Notes: a model not told the origin generated them from the sequence alone. Shown: positions 47,537-57,750, counted from the stretch's first letter. The stretch: 64,000 bases of DNA from a candidate division WOR-3 bacterium (GCA_037441285.1 JBBISL010000004.1:1-64000); one strand, 5' to 3'. Made by a program: numbers and translations.

Positions 47537-49950
47537 TCCTCAACCAGGGCGACATCAACAACCGCATCTCCCTTTTCCACCGCCATCACCTTTACCCCGG
47601 TTGTTGCCCGACCACACTTCCGGATTTCAGAACACTTCACCCGGATTACAATCCCCAGTTTTGAGGTAACAATTATCTCGGAAGTTTCGCTCACCGCCTT
47701 GGCACAGGCAAGACGGCCGGATTTTTCAACCGGCTTCGCCGCAATAACGCCTTTGCCCCCGCGCTTCTGGGTTGGGAACAGCTCGAAATCGGTGCGCTTA
47801 CCAAACCCGTTATCAAATATTGTTAACAGCGAACTACCCGGTGCACAAACCACCGCACCAATCACCTCATCACCCTTACCCAACTTAATTCCCCGAACCC
47901 CAGCCGCACTCCTGCCCATCTCCCGGACATCAGTTTCCTTGAACTTTATGCCCATACCATTTCTGGTCACCAGTAGAATTTCGTCCTTGCCCGAGGTCAA
48001 AAGCGTCGCAATCAACGCATCATTATTGTCGACCGTCATCGCAATAATACCCTTGCGCCGCGGATTCGAAAATGCCTCGAGGCTTGTCCGCTTAACAACC
48101 CCCTGGCGGGTGACAAAGAAAACATACTTATCAGCCGAGAACTCTCGCACCGCCACATAGGAAGTTGTCACCTCGCCCTTCTCCATTTCAACTAAATTGG
48201 CGATGGAACGCCCTTTTGAGGCGTAAGAACCCTCAGGAATTTCATACACCTTCTGCCAGTAACACCTTCCCCGGTCGGTAAAGAACATCATATAGTCGTG
48301 GGTTGAGGCGATGAACAACCCTTCAACAAAATCCTCTTCTGCCACCGGAACCCCAGTTCGTCCCTGGCCCCCGCGCCCCTGACGACGGTAAACACTCACC
48401 GGCATCCGTTTGATGTAACCACGATGCGTCACCGTCACCGCCATATCCTCTTCCTTGATTAAATCCTCTATCGAAACTTCGGCCGGTTTTTCAGCAAGAA
48501 TTTCGGTGCGCCGCTCATCTCCGAACCTCTGCTTCAACTCCAGTAACTCCTGCCGGATTTCTCCCATCATCAACTTCTTTGAACTCAAAAGGCTCTTCAA
48601 CCGGGCAATCTCTTTAATCAACTCCTTATACTCGGCATCAATCTTCTCCCTTTCCAGTCCGGTAAGCCGCGATAGCCGCATCTCAAGAATCGCATCCGCC
48701 TGGCGCTGCGAAAGTTTGAACTTATCCATCAAACCTCGCCGCGCCGTCTCCACATCCTTGGACCGCTTAATAAGTTCAATAACCGCATCAATACTCTTTA
48801 AGGCAATCTTCAAACCCTCAAGGATGTGTGCCCGTTCTTCCGCCTTTGCCAGTTCAAATTTGGTTCGCCGAGTAACAACCTCTAACCGAAATTCAAGAAA
48901 CTTCTCGAGCAACCATTTTAAGTTCAAAACCTTGGGTTCACCGTTGACCAGAACCAAAAGAATTGCCCCGAAACTGGACTCGAGCGGCGTCCACTTAAAC
49001 AGTTGATTCAACACCACCTCTTTCGGTGTCTCCTTCTTCAACTCGAGGACAATTCTCATCCCCTCCCGGTCAGACTCATCACGCAGGTCCGCAACCCCCT
49101 GAATCTTCTTCTCCCGCACCAGTTCGGCGATGCGTTCCACCAGCGCCGACTTATTCACCTGATAAGGAATTTCCGTAATCACCAGCCGGTCGCGGCCGGC
49201 CTTCACCTCTTCAAAGATTACCTTACCCCGAACGATAAAACTACCCCGTCCGGTTTCATAAGTTTGCTTTATCCCATCCAGCCCAACAACCGTTCCACCG
49301 GTGGGAAAGTCTGGACCTTTAACCCAGCGCATCAATTCACTTACCGTGATATCGGGATTGTCAATCAGGGCAACCAGCCCATCGATTAACTCCGTCAGAT
49401 TGTGCGGTGGAATACTCGTTGCCATTCCCACCGCAATCCCGGTAGCGCCATTGGCTAAAAGATTGGGAAACGCCGCCGGCAAAACAATCGGCTCTTTTAA
49501 CCTTTCGTCAAAATTGGGTTGGAAATCAACCGTATCCTTATCAAGGTCCCGGAGCAGTTCCATCGCCAGCGGTGCCAGCCGGGTTTCGGTGTACCGATAG
49601 GCGGCAGCCGCATCACCATCAATCGAACCAAAATTTCCCTGCCCCTGTACCAGGGGATAACGCAACGAAAAGTCCTGAGCCATCCGCACCAGAGCATCGT
49701 AAACCGCAGCATCACCATGCGGGTGATACTTACCAAGGACATCACCCACCACCGCGGCGGACTTTCGGAACGGACGATTAGGAAACAACCCCATCTCCTG
49801 CATCGTCCACAAAATCCGGCGCTGTACCGGTTTTAACCCATCCCTGACATCAGGCAGCGCCCGGGCAACAATAACCGACATTGCGTAATCCAGAAAGGAT
49901 TTACGCACCTCGTCTTCAATATATACCGGGATTACCGAATTGTCATTCAC
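47533..49950 (-). CDS. gyrA: DNA gyrase subunit A
   Basis: [37 protein letters not shown], GyrA-box QGRGGQG, C-terminal pinwheel repeats. Confidence 0.98.
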   Translation of the reverse strand: MNDNSVIPVYIEDEVRKSFLDYAMSVIVARALPDVRDGLKPVQRRILWTMQEMGLFPNRPFRKSAAVVGDVLGKYHPHGDAAVYDALVRMAQDFSLRYPLVQGQGNFGSIDGDAAAAYRYTETRLAPLAMELLRDLDKDTVDFQPNFDERLKEPIVLPAAFPNLLANGATGIAVGMATSIPPHNLTELIDGLVALIDNPDITVSELMRWVKGPDFPTGGTVVGLDGIKQTYETGRGSFIVRGKVIFEEVKAGRDRLVITEIPYQVNKSALVERIAELVREKKIQGVADLRDESDREGMRIVLELKKETPKEVVLNQLFKWTPLESSFGAILLVLVNGEPKVLNLKWLLEKFLEFRLEVVTRRTKFELAKAEERAHILEGLKIALKSIDAVIELIKRSKDVETARRGLMDKFKLSQRQADAILEMRLSRLTGLEREKIDAEYKELIKEIARLKSLLSSKKLMMGEIRQELLELKQRFGDERRTEILAEKPAEVSIEDLIKEEDMAVTVTHRGYIKRMPVSVYRRQGRGGQGRTGVPVAEEDFVEGLFIASTHDYMMFFTDRGRCYWQKVYEIPEGSYASKGRSIANLVEMEKGEVTTSYVAVREFSADKYVFFVTRQGVVKRTSLEAFSNPRRKGIIAMTVDNNDALIATLLTSGKDEILLVTRNGMGIKFKETDVREMGRSAAGVRGIKLGKGDEVIGAVVCAPGSSLLTIFDNGFGKRTDFELFPTQKRGGKGVIAAKPVEKSGRLACAKAVSETSEIIVTSKLGIVIRVKCSEIRKCGRATTGVKVMAVEKGDAVVDVALVED

Positions 49951-49957
49951 GCTTTGA

Positions 49958-49985
49958 AATATACTCTCTCCGCCACCAAAGTCAA
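49958..49985 (-). promoter_or_regulatory. gyrA promoter (TTGACT-N16-TATATT), likely leaderless
   Basis: GTG start 7 nt after the -10. Confidence 0.65.
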
Positions 49986-50068
49986 ATATCTTACACCGTT
50001 CTAAATGCCGAATTCAACAAGGGGATTAATAACCGGACCTTTTCCGATTTTCCTCGGAAACTCAGTTT

Positions 50069-50758
50069 TTAACGGAGGCGCGGCAATAACATCGCCACCC
50101 GCTGGAACTGGGCAAACTCAGACTTTAGTATCGGTGCTAATGCCTTTTCCTCATACCGTGCTTGAACTAAAATCAACGGCAGCCCCAAAACCCCTACCAG
50201 GAGCAACCCACCCCAGGAGTTGAAAATCAGTGCAATCCCGGTGAGCTGGACTAAACTACCAAGATATCGAGGGTGACGACAGACCTTTTGCCATTTAAGT
50301 TCTAAAAAACGCCGGGGAGAAAAAACGACCTCGCCGGTATTGGGCTTTATCTGGGCAATTTTAATCAATCCGAACAATGTTGCCAGTCTGATATACACAC
50401 CCAGGCCGAAAATCAAAAGTCCCAACACCCCGAAGATATAATGAGTTATCGGAAACTGGGTCAGGCGCCACCAGATAAAGTCGGCAACCACATAGCCGAT
50501 ATACGGATAAACAAAAAAGGCAAACACCCCCCGCCATAACGGTGAAGGCTCTACCACCCCGGACTGAAAAAAGGGCGAGCCAAAATAATACTCCACTGCC
50601 AGCCACAGGACAAAAAGATAAGCAAATATTATCGGAACAACCATCCGGTCCGGCACCGCATCGGAAAAGAAGCTGGTGAAAAACACCAGAAAATAAAGAC
50701 TGACAAGCACCGACCAAATGAGTCTGCCGCTTTTGAACTTTAAAACAAAACTGCTCAC
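50069..50758 (-). CDS. Isoprenylcysteine carboxyl methyltransferase/PEMT-family membrane protein
   Basis: RHPRYLG...EEKAL; start at GTG 50758 overlapping the upstream TGA. Confidence 0.75.
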   Translation of the reverse strand: MSSFVLKFKSGRLIWSVLVSLYFLVFFTSFFSDAVPDRMVVPIIFAYLFVLWLAVEYYFGSPFFQSGVVEPSPLWRGVFAFFVYPYIGYVVADFIWWRLTQFPITHYIFGVLGLLIFGLGVYIRLATLFGLIKIAQIKPNTGEVVFSPRRFLELKWQKVCRHPRYLGSLVQLTGIALIFNSWGGLLLVGVLGLPLILVQARYEEKALAPILKSEFAQFQRVAMLLPRLR

Positions 50759-51966
50759 CTCTTCCCCTGTGCCTGAAGGATATCCCCGGCATACTCCCAC
50801 AACTGCCGGGAGGAAAGACGAAACCGTTTGTCTTGCGCTTCTTGATTTGTCTGCAAAACTTTTAGAGTTGTTACCACCTGGTACCGCTTGCGTGCCATAA
50901 TCCGCCTGCCGCGCAATCCAGAACGGGTTTCCATTACCAGTTTTCTGTCACTTTTCAGCAACCGATTTATCTGTTCGCCTTCAAGCTCTATCAATGCCAG
51001 CCTTCCCGGCTCAGAAAGTGCCGATAGCAGCTTCATTCGGGTAATTGTTCCCGGTAATATCGTGTCTCGGACAAAACCGGAACTGTCGTAAATAAAAAGG
51101 TCAGCCTCGCGTAATCCCAGATAACCATCAACTATCACCCGACTTAACACCCGGGGAGTAATCTTGACCCTTGTCTCAACAATCGGGTACGAGCCAATTG
51201 AATCCAGCACCATTCGCAACGAATCAACCGCCCGCGCTACTTTGGGTTCGGGTTCACCCATCTCCAAAGAAACGACCTCTTTTTTTACACTTTGGACCTT
51301 ACCATTGACCAGAACAAAATCATAGCGTAGCAACGCCCCATCCGCTGAATTCAAAAATACATCAAAACCCGAAACAGCGCCCGAATCTAATATAAGAAGC
51401 GCGGTCAAATCGGCTTTACTTTTTAGTAAGGTCAACAACTTCTGCCCTGCATAACCCGGCAGGGCAAATTTCACCCCTTTCAGGCGCAAGAGCACATCAG
51501 TTGAATCAAGAAATAGCCCGCTGATTGCCAGATTTATCCCGGCAATTTTCTTTATCATCCAGGGATGGACCAGGGGCAAATCAAAACTGTCGACCAGATT
51601 GTATGCCAGCACCCGAAACCGTGCCCGGTCCGTTAATTGCTTTGCCCGTTCCACGCCCAACTTCAACCAGCCTGGTGTTAAAAGCACCCCATCAACTCCG
51701 GCAAGAGAAAGTAAATCTATATTCGCCGCGCCATCGGTCAGGGGCGCAAACTTCTCGTCAAAAACCTCACCGGCAATAAACCATAAACAAGGACCTTCCT
51801 CTTTAGCCTGAGAAACCACCCGGCTGATAACCGGCAACTCTTCAATTTTGCAATCACCACTGACAAAGATGGAAAAGCTTTCTACCCTGACCGGTTTTGC
51901 CATCCGGGGTGCACAACCCGCAATGACCAAAATTGCCCCGATGAGAGCAAAAGATAAAAATCGCAC
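50755..51966 (-). CDS. Lipoprotein with a divergent 5'-nucleotidase/metallophosphoesterase-like architecture
   Basis: Lipobox IAGC; ARFRVLAYNL, PWMIKKIAG.NL; C-terminal VRDTILPGTITR...LEGEQI. Confidence 0.55.
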   Translation of the reverse strand: MRFLSFALIGAILVIAGCAPRMAKPVRVESFSIFVSGDCKIEELPVISRVVSQAKEEGPCLWFIAGEVFDEKFAPLTDGAANIDLLSLAGVDGVLLTPGWLKLGVERAKQLTDRARFRVLAYNLVDSFDLPLVHPWMIKKIAGINLAISGLFLDSTDVLLRLKGVKFALPGYAGQKLLTLLKSKADLTALLILDSGAVSGFDVFLNSADGALLRYDFVLVNGKVQSVKKEVVSLEMGEPEPKVARAVDSLRMVLDSIGSYPIVETRVKITPRVLSRVIVDGYLGLREADLFIYDSSGFVRDTILPGTITRMKLLSALSEPGRLALIELEGEQINRLLKSDRKLVMETRSGLRGRRIMARKRYQVVTTLKVLQTNQEAQDKRFRLSSRQLWEYAGDILQAQGKR

Positions 51967-51971
51967 AGCCG

Positions 51972-51999
51972 ATTATACCCTATCTCAATTTGGTGTCAA
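51972..51999 (-). promoter_or_regulatory. Sigma70-type promoter (TTGACA-N16-TATAAT) for the 5'-nucleotidase-like lipoprotein, likely leaderless
   Basis: Perfect hexamers; GTG 5 nt downstream. Confidence 0.7.
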
Positions 52000-52592
52000 G
52001 TGTAATGTAAGCCTGATACCTTTGCGATGTATTAATAATGTTAGTACTTCAGATGCTTTTTGCTCAACCCTGAGAAGGAAATTGTATTCTTAGTTGTCCC
52101 CACTTCATCAAATCAACAACAATGGCAAAACGAGACTGGATTTTTATACCAACGGGCAGATGGAATTACCCCCTTCGACCGATAGATAGTGTGTGGTGCA
52201 TAATAGAGTTAATACCTGACAACGGAATAAAGCGAAGAGGGAAGCCGATATCATTGGCGTATTCAAAGCCAGCATATCCATCAAAAATCAGGGCAAAATT
52301 TGACCGGGATACTATCCCGGTAACGACCCTGTAGTCAACCCTATAATTAAATCTAACAATAGGGCAATTATTTGATAAAATGCAACTTACAATTGGGAAT
52401 TGAAATTGGAGCGTTAACCGTTTCAAATTTTTGGGTCTTAATAACAAGAGCCTCTGGCTGAGTTTTCTCTCACTATACGCAACACCAGCCAACTAACTAT
52501 ATCCGTTGCCTGCTATCCCCGGTCTTTTAATCAACATTGCCGAACTAATTCCCCCTATATATATGATGCCATTACAACCTCAATTTGCTCGC

Positions 52593-52620
52593 TTGACTTT
52601 GGTTCAGCGTTTTTTATAGT
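52593..52620 (+). promoter_or_regulatory. tRNA-Gln promoter (TTGACT-N16-TATAGT)
   Basis: Hexamers ending 10 nt upstream of the tRNA. Confidence 0.7.
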
Positions 52621-52630
52621 ATTTATTCAC

Positions 52631-52702
52631 TGGGGGATCGTCTAACTGGCAGGACGGCTGGCTCTGGACCAGCTAGTCGGGGTTCGAATCCCTGTCCCCC
52701 AG
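52631..52702 (+). tRNA. tRNA-Gln (CTG), CCA not encoded
   Basis: TGGGGGA/TCCCCCA acceptor, GCTGG-CTCTGGA-CCAGC anticodon arm, GGTTCGAATCC T loop; promoter TTGACT-N16-TATAGT upstream. Confidence 0.96.
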
Positions 52703-52710
52703 TATTTTTG

Positions 52711-54018
52711 CTAAAATCGATACCGAACCCCAAAAAATATTTCATCCACCCTGTTGAGCGGCGCGAATGCTGAACCATTACCACCATTAAATACCATTCC
52801 ACCCAGGTCAATCTCAAGACCATCTACCGGCAGAAAACGGATTAGGGGAACCAATCCCAATGACCTCTTTTTTAAATCAACCACTCCACTCAGCCGGGTC
52901 AACACCCTATCGGCAAACAATTTGCGTTCCACCGCGCCCAGAATAAAATCCTTCATCCATTCCTTTTGTAACCGTGCCAGGGGAAAATCGCCGTGTAGAT
53001 ACTGAAGGTTGAGATAAAACCCGGCAACAGAGTAATCAAAACCACCAATAACCGAGAGTTCGTCCTTAACCAGTGTATCGTTATAAAAGGCATATGCCGC
53101 TTCAGCCCAGAGCCCAACCCCAAAAAGGTTCCCTGCTATTTCTGCGCCCACCACCTTCTTCTCCGGAAACCACTGCCTTAGAACAAAATCCAACCGCTGC
53201 CCTATCACATCGATGTTCGTTACCGGCTGTGCTGCTGGTAAAAAGTCATAGCCCCGTAAAAAGCTCAGGGCAAGGTCAAAGTTTCCCAGATGGCTTTTTA
53301 ATCTTCCACCCCAGGTAATATCCCGGAAATTTCTTCCGGGCAGTTTTATCTCTTCCTGCGCCGTTATCGTATAAGCATTGGCAACCTGCCACGCGGTAAC
53401 AGAATCTAAACCCTGTCGGATGAACTCTTCCACCAAACCGTAACGCAGTTGCTCAATATCCGGCAGAACCGCGACTGAAAACCATTCAGGTGAGGTTGCC
53501 ACTGCCGGCTCAAAAATCGGTTTTGCACCGAGTTCTATTCCGAAGGCACTAACCGGCATATAGCTGAGATGAACCATCCATACTGGTCGCCGTTCATCCC
53601 AGACCAGAGGGTCCGAATAGTCCGGAGTGGTGAAATTGTCCGTAGGATTAACCGCATCGGCTGTGCCCCAATGAACCTTTTGCCGTCCTGCCGTCAAATT
53701 CAACCCGGGCAAAATGTCATAAATCCGGACAAATACCTCGTCAAGCATCAGAGATACCGGCTCCAGTTTACTGGCATCGCTCAAATCAGAAGCACCAGTT
53801 AAAAATGGATAACCGTTTGTTTTAACCGTCACTCCCAGCTTTGTCTCGAACCGGTCTGAAGTAACCGGCACAAAAGTTAAACTCGCCCGGGTAGAAAACC
53901 AGGTAAACTTTGTGCTGTCTTTGCCACTAAATCTAAGATGTGCCCTGGTCCCCAAATCGCCCTGGATTGAAACCTGCGTTACAACCAGGATGTTCAGTAA
54001 AATTGCGCCGATGCCCAT
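52711..54018 (-). CDS. Outer-membrane beta-barrel protein (DUF1302-like)
   Basis: AGRQKVHWGTADAVNPTD; C-terminal VRYRF; last gene of the MMPL-LolA-like operon. Confidence 0.7.
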   Translation of the reverse strand: MGIGAILLNILVVTQVSIQGDLGTRAHLRFSGKDSTKFTWFSTRASLTFVPVTSDRFETKLGVTVKTNGYPFLTGASDLSDASKLEPVSLMLDEVFVRIYDILPGLNLTAGRQKVHWGTADAVNPTDNFTTPDYSDPLVWDERRPVWMVHLSYMPVSAFGIELGAKPIFEPAVATSPEWFSVAVLPDIEQLRYGLVEEFIRQGLDSVTAWQVANAYTITAQEEIKLPGRNFRDITWGGRLKSHLGNFDLALSFLRGYDFLPAAQPVTNIDVIGQRLDFVLRQWFPEKKVVGAEIAGNLFGVGLWAEAAYAFYNDTLVKDELSVIGGFDYSVAGFYLNLQYLHGDFPLARLQKEWMKDFILGAVERKLFADRVLTRLSGVVDLKKRSLGLVPLIRFLPVDGLEIDLGGMVFNGGNGSAFAPLNRVDEIFFGVRYRF

Positions 54019-54747
54019 TTATGCCCCCTTTTTCATATTCTCTTCGGTAAAGTAACTGTCCTTAATCCCGACATCAATCTCAACATCAAGGAGTTTTAAC
54101 TCGGTTATCGTGCCCCGTGCCAGGTTGTCCAATCGCACCGTTCGTGGAATCCAGACTTCGTTTGCCTTTTGGAAATCGGCAAAAACTAACGATTTTGCCA
54201 CACGCCCGTCTCGGGCAATCTTCTCCAATCGCAATGGGAGAAACCGCTCCTTCTCCACCCAGAGTCGGCTCTTTTCCCCATCCTGTTCCAGCGTAATGAG
54301 ATAAGCCTTTACGCCGTTGAGTTCCACCTCATCCGCCTCCCCGTGGGCAACGCTCGTTCCGAAAGAAATACTCGCCATTTCTTTATAGGAAAAGTCGGAC
54401 CCGCCAAAACTCTGGTCCGCAGCACTCCCGGAAATTCTCCTTACCCGGCCCTGCGCCGGCAGATAGACCCACATATTTTCGGGCGATGTCGTAAGAAAAC
54501 TCACGCCTCTTAACTCAGCGGGCGAAATAAAAGTCACCAGCATCTTCTTGTCACCCTTCATCACCATCCGCAAGGTGCGTTCCTGCACCCTTTTGCTTTT
54601 ATCGGTTATCCGCATCACCGCTTTAACCCGGCGGTCCTGAGCTGTGGTTGTGTTTCGTAACCGATTCAAAACCTCCTGGGCGCTCATCGCGTAAACCCCT
54701 ATAAAAAGTCCACCCAGCAGCAACATCGTTCTTCTTATTTTACCCAT
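54019..54747 (-). CDS. Outer-membrane lipoprotein-sorting (LolA-like) protein
   Basis: F.SPAELRGVSFL, WVYLPA..RVRRIS....SFGGSDFSY. Confidence 0.85.
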   Translation of the reverse strand: MGKIRRTMLLLGGLFIGVYAMSAQEVLNRLRNTTTAQDRRVKAVMRITDKSKRVQERTLRMVMKGDKKMLVTFISPAELRGVSFLTTSPENMWVYLPAQGRVRRISGSAADQSFGGSDFSYKEMASISFGTSVAHGEADEVELNGVKAYLITLEQDGEKSRLWVEKERFLPLRLEKIARDGRVAKSLVFADFQKANEVWIPRTVRLDNLARGTITELKLLDVEIDVGIKDSYFTEENMKKGA

Positions 54748-54759
54748 TTTGACCTCCTT

Positions 54760-57018
54760 TTATCTTGCTTTTTTATCTCTAAATCCGGCGAAAATCGCTG
54801 GTAGTAAAACCAGTGCACCGATGCTGGATAGAAGCATCGCACCGGCAATCAGCAGCCCGAACTTCTGAATTATCACCAGAGAAGCAAACGCCAGCACCGC
54901 AAAGCCAAGACCGACCGCCAGGGCATTGATGACAATTGGCGGTCCTACACCTGCAAGGGTACGGCGCAGGCACTCTCTAATATCAACCCCAACCCGGCTT
55001 TCCTCCTGAAAACGGGCGAGAAAATGACAGGAGTAATCAATCCCAATTCCCAATGCGATTGCCCCCAGCATCGCAGTGACAATATCAACCTCAATACCCC
55101 AAATCCCCATAACGCCAAAGGCAACCGTGAGAGTAAACCCGATTGGAACCATTCCGGCTAATCCAAAACGCACCGAGCGGAAAAAGGCGGCGACAATAAT
55201 AAATACCGCCAGGAATGCCACGACAATGCTCCACAACTGGCTTGTGGCAATCGCTCGATGCAAGGCATAAACTGCCAGGGGCATCCCCCCCAGTTCAACC
55301 TTTACATCAGAACCAAAATTGCGCTTTAATAGCTTTTGAATCTCTATCACCGCCTTACCAATCTCACTGCTTTTCTCCTGACTGAACTGGGCGGTAATCC
55401 TTGCCCGAGCGTAGTCACTGGTCACCATATCAGCCAGATAGTCTGAACCGGAAAAGGAAAGTAACAACAGAAATTGCGCAATGCCCTCTCTCGTATCAGG
55501 AATTACCTCAAACTTGGGGTCGTCGCCATGAAACGCCCGATTTGCCCTTTTTAACACATCAACAATCGAGGTGATATGGGTGACATACCGCACCTGTTTT
55601 AGCTCGTTAATAAACTTATCTATTTGGCACAAAACCGCCGGGTCCTGAATGTCCCCATCAACAACAATCTCAAATTGTAACTCACCACCAAACTGCTCAT
55701 TGACAATTTTTGCCGCTCGGGTCGGACTGGAACCGGGTTTAAAGTAGCGGACAAAATCGGTTTCGGGTTTCACCTTCACACCCCAAAATAGCGACCCAAT
55801 CATAACAATCCCGGCACAAATTAGAACTGGTGTGCGCGCCCGCCGAATCCAATCTGCCCACCTTTCAAAAATCAAGCCTCTGCCTTGCGCCATCGCCTGC
55901 GTCTTTCCAATATCACACCGCCTTCTCCGCTCGAGTAAAACAAGCAACGCCGGCAAAAACAGTACCGCCAGAATAAAAGAAAATATCACGCCAATCACCG
56001 AGAAAATTGCAAAGGCACGAATCGCGTTAATTCGCATCACCACATTAGCCCCAAACCCGACAACCGTCGTCGCCATCGCCAGAAATACAGGCATTCCGGT
56101 ATTACCCACCGCCGTCTGAACAAGTTCCAAACCACATTTGCCCATCCGCCTTTCCTGCAACCAGCGTTCTACGATATGAATCCCATAAGCACTCCCTACC
56201 GAAAGCACAATCGGAGGCAAAACAATCAAAACTACGGTCAAAGGTTGTCCGGTCAAAGCAATCAGCCCCAAAGTCCATAGCACCGCAATGCCCACGGTCA
56301 GGATGGGTAGAACGACACCCTGCCAGTTACGAAATAGAAAAACAAACACCAGCACCAATACGAGTACAACCAGCGGAATGAGTCGGGTCAGGTCCTGCAT
56401 CATCCAGTCCCGCATAAATTTCATCAATGCCGCAGAACCGGTCAGTGATATCCGGGTACCGATTCCCTTCTTCTGCACTTCCCTTTCAACTTCCCGTACC
56501 GCGGACAACTTATCAACACCGGGCTTGAACCGAACCAGCAACAGCATGCTATTACCATCCTCAGCCAGTAATCTCCCTCGATACCGTTCATCGCTTAAAA
56601 GCCGTTCCCTCAGCTTCTTTAACCCCGTTTCACTTGTCGGAATCGATTCAATCACCCGCGATATTTGCACCTCATCTCCGACGCCGACGACATCTTGAAG
56701 ATTGGTGAGCGCCACCACTTCGTTCACGGGCGTCAGCGCTTCCAGACTCCGCACCAGGCTGTCCAACTGCAAAAGCCCGCCGGATGCAAATAAATTATCG
56801 GCCTCAACCAGCACCACCACCTGGTCGGAGCCCCCAAAATCTTCGTCCACGACTTTTAAAACCCCCACCCCGGACTCGTTTTCCGGCAAAAGCGAAATTA
56901 CATCTGCCTCAACCCTCAACCGGCTTAGCAGCAAAACCGCCCCCAGCGTCAGCAGACTGACCACCAGGACAATCCACCCGGGAAATTTAAAAACCAGGTA
57001 GGCAATTCGTTTCATCAT
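54760..57018 (-). CDS. MMPL/RND-family transporter
   Basis: Duplicated TM modules; GSAYGIH, GIGIDYSCHF, TTVVGF. Confidence 0.9.
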   Translation of the reverse strand: MMKRIAYLVFKFPGWIVLVVSLLTLGAVLLLSRLRVEADVISLLPENESGVGVLKVVDEDFGGSDQVVVLVEADNLFASGGLLQLDSLVRSLEALTPVNEVVALTNLQDVVGVGDEVQISRVIESIPTSETGLKKLRERLLSDERYRGRLLAEDGNSMLLLVRFKPGVDKLSAVREVEREVQKKGIGTRISLTGSAALMKFMRDWMMQDLTRLIPLVVLVLVLVFVFLFRNWQGVVLPILTVGIAVLWTLGLIALTGQPLTVVLIVLPPIVLSVGSAYGIHIVERWLQERRMGKCGLELVQTAVGNTGMPVFLAMATTVVGFGANVVMRINAIRAFAIFSVIGVIFSFILAVLFLPALLVLLERRRRCDIGKTQAMAQGRGLIFERWADWIRRARTPVLICAGIVMIGSLFWGVKVKPETDFVRYFKPGSSPTRAAKIVNEQFGGELQFEIVVDGDIQDPAVLCQIDKFINELKQVRYVTHITSIVDVLKRANRAFHGDDPKFEVIPDTREGIAQFLLLLSFSGSDYLADMVTSDYARARITAQFSQEKSSEIGKAVIEIQKLLKRNFGSDVKVELGGMPLAVYALHRAIATSQLWSIVVAFLAVFIIVAAFFRSVRFGLAGMVPIGFTLTVAFGVMGIWGIEVDIVTAMLGAIALGIGIDYSCHFLARFQEESRVGVDIRECLRRTLAGVGPPIVINALAVGLGFAVLAFASLVIIQKFGLLIAGAMLLSSIGALVLLPAIFAGFRDKKAR

Positions 57019-57150
57019 AGACTGATTCCTTTAGTTTCTGCAATAAACTTTATAGTATTAAATATTAATATTATAAATAATACACAATGTTAATTATTTG
57101 TCAAGAAAAAAATTAAAGGTCGATCGGGGTGAGATTTTATATGCCGCTGG

Positions 57151-57594
57151 TTACTTTTTCGCCACCAAACCCTGTGCCAGTTGTTCTAAGGTATCGATAA
57201 AAACCTTCAGGTTTTGGTCCGGGATACGCCGCATCATCTTCAGCAATCCCTGACGGTTCAACCTTGCCAGGTGTTGCGCCATCTTGACTCCGGCTGGGGT
57301 TAATTGAACCAAAACCACCCGCCGGTCCTCGGTGGAACGGTCGCGTTCTACTAACTTCTTTTTCACTAAACGGTCGACCAGACCACTGGCATTGGCCTTA
57401 GAAATTCCCAGAACCTCGGCAAGTTGATTCATACTTGTCTGCCGCATATTCAATAGGGTAATAAGTACCATCGTCTGGGAAAAGGAAAACTCCTGCCCTA
57501 ACGCCTCAACCGAACTTAACAACCTCAAACCCCGGACGAGAATCGGTCCGAGCCATTCCAATTTTGCTAAATAAAAATCCTCTTTCTTGCCGAT
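57151..57594 (-). CDS. MarR-family transcriptional regulator (start uncertain: ATC 57594 or TTG 57561)
   Basis: LAEVLGISKANASGLVDRLVKK.LVER....DRRVVLV.LT..G. Confidence 0.88.
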   Translation of the reverse strand: MGKKEDFYLAKLEWLGPILVRGLRLLSSVEALGQEFSFSQTMVLITLLNMRQTSMNQLAEVLGISKANASGLVDRLVKKKLVERDRSTEDRRVVLVQLTPAGVKMAQHLARLNRQGLLKMMRRIPDQNLKVFIDTLEQLAQGLVAKK

Positions 57595-57750
57595 ATATTA
57601 TTATTCTATTTTCACGGCGGTTGTCAATCACAACTTTGAAGATTAAAAACCCATTACCAAAACAGGAAAAACTTTCCCCTATTTATCTTGACTTTTGCCC
57701 GCAATGCCTTACTCTTTAATAACAATGCTATCAAAGCAAGGAGTTAAACT

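Noticed and set aside
52038..52334. Second selenoprotein candidate (AQP-TGA-EGNCILSC)
   Set aside because: No SD, no clear downstream hairpin and apparent frameshifts; better explained as a relic.
57070..57098. dif-like site (ATAATACACAATGTTAATT)
   Set aside because: Poor match to XerC/XerD arms and spacing; it coincides with the MMPL promoter.
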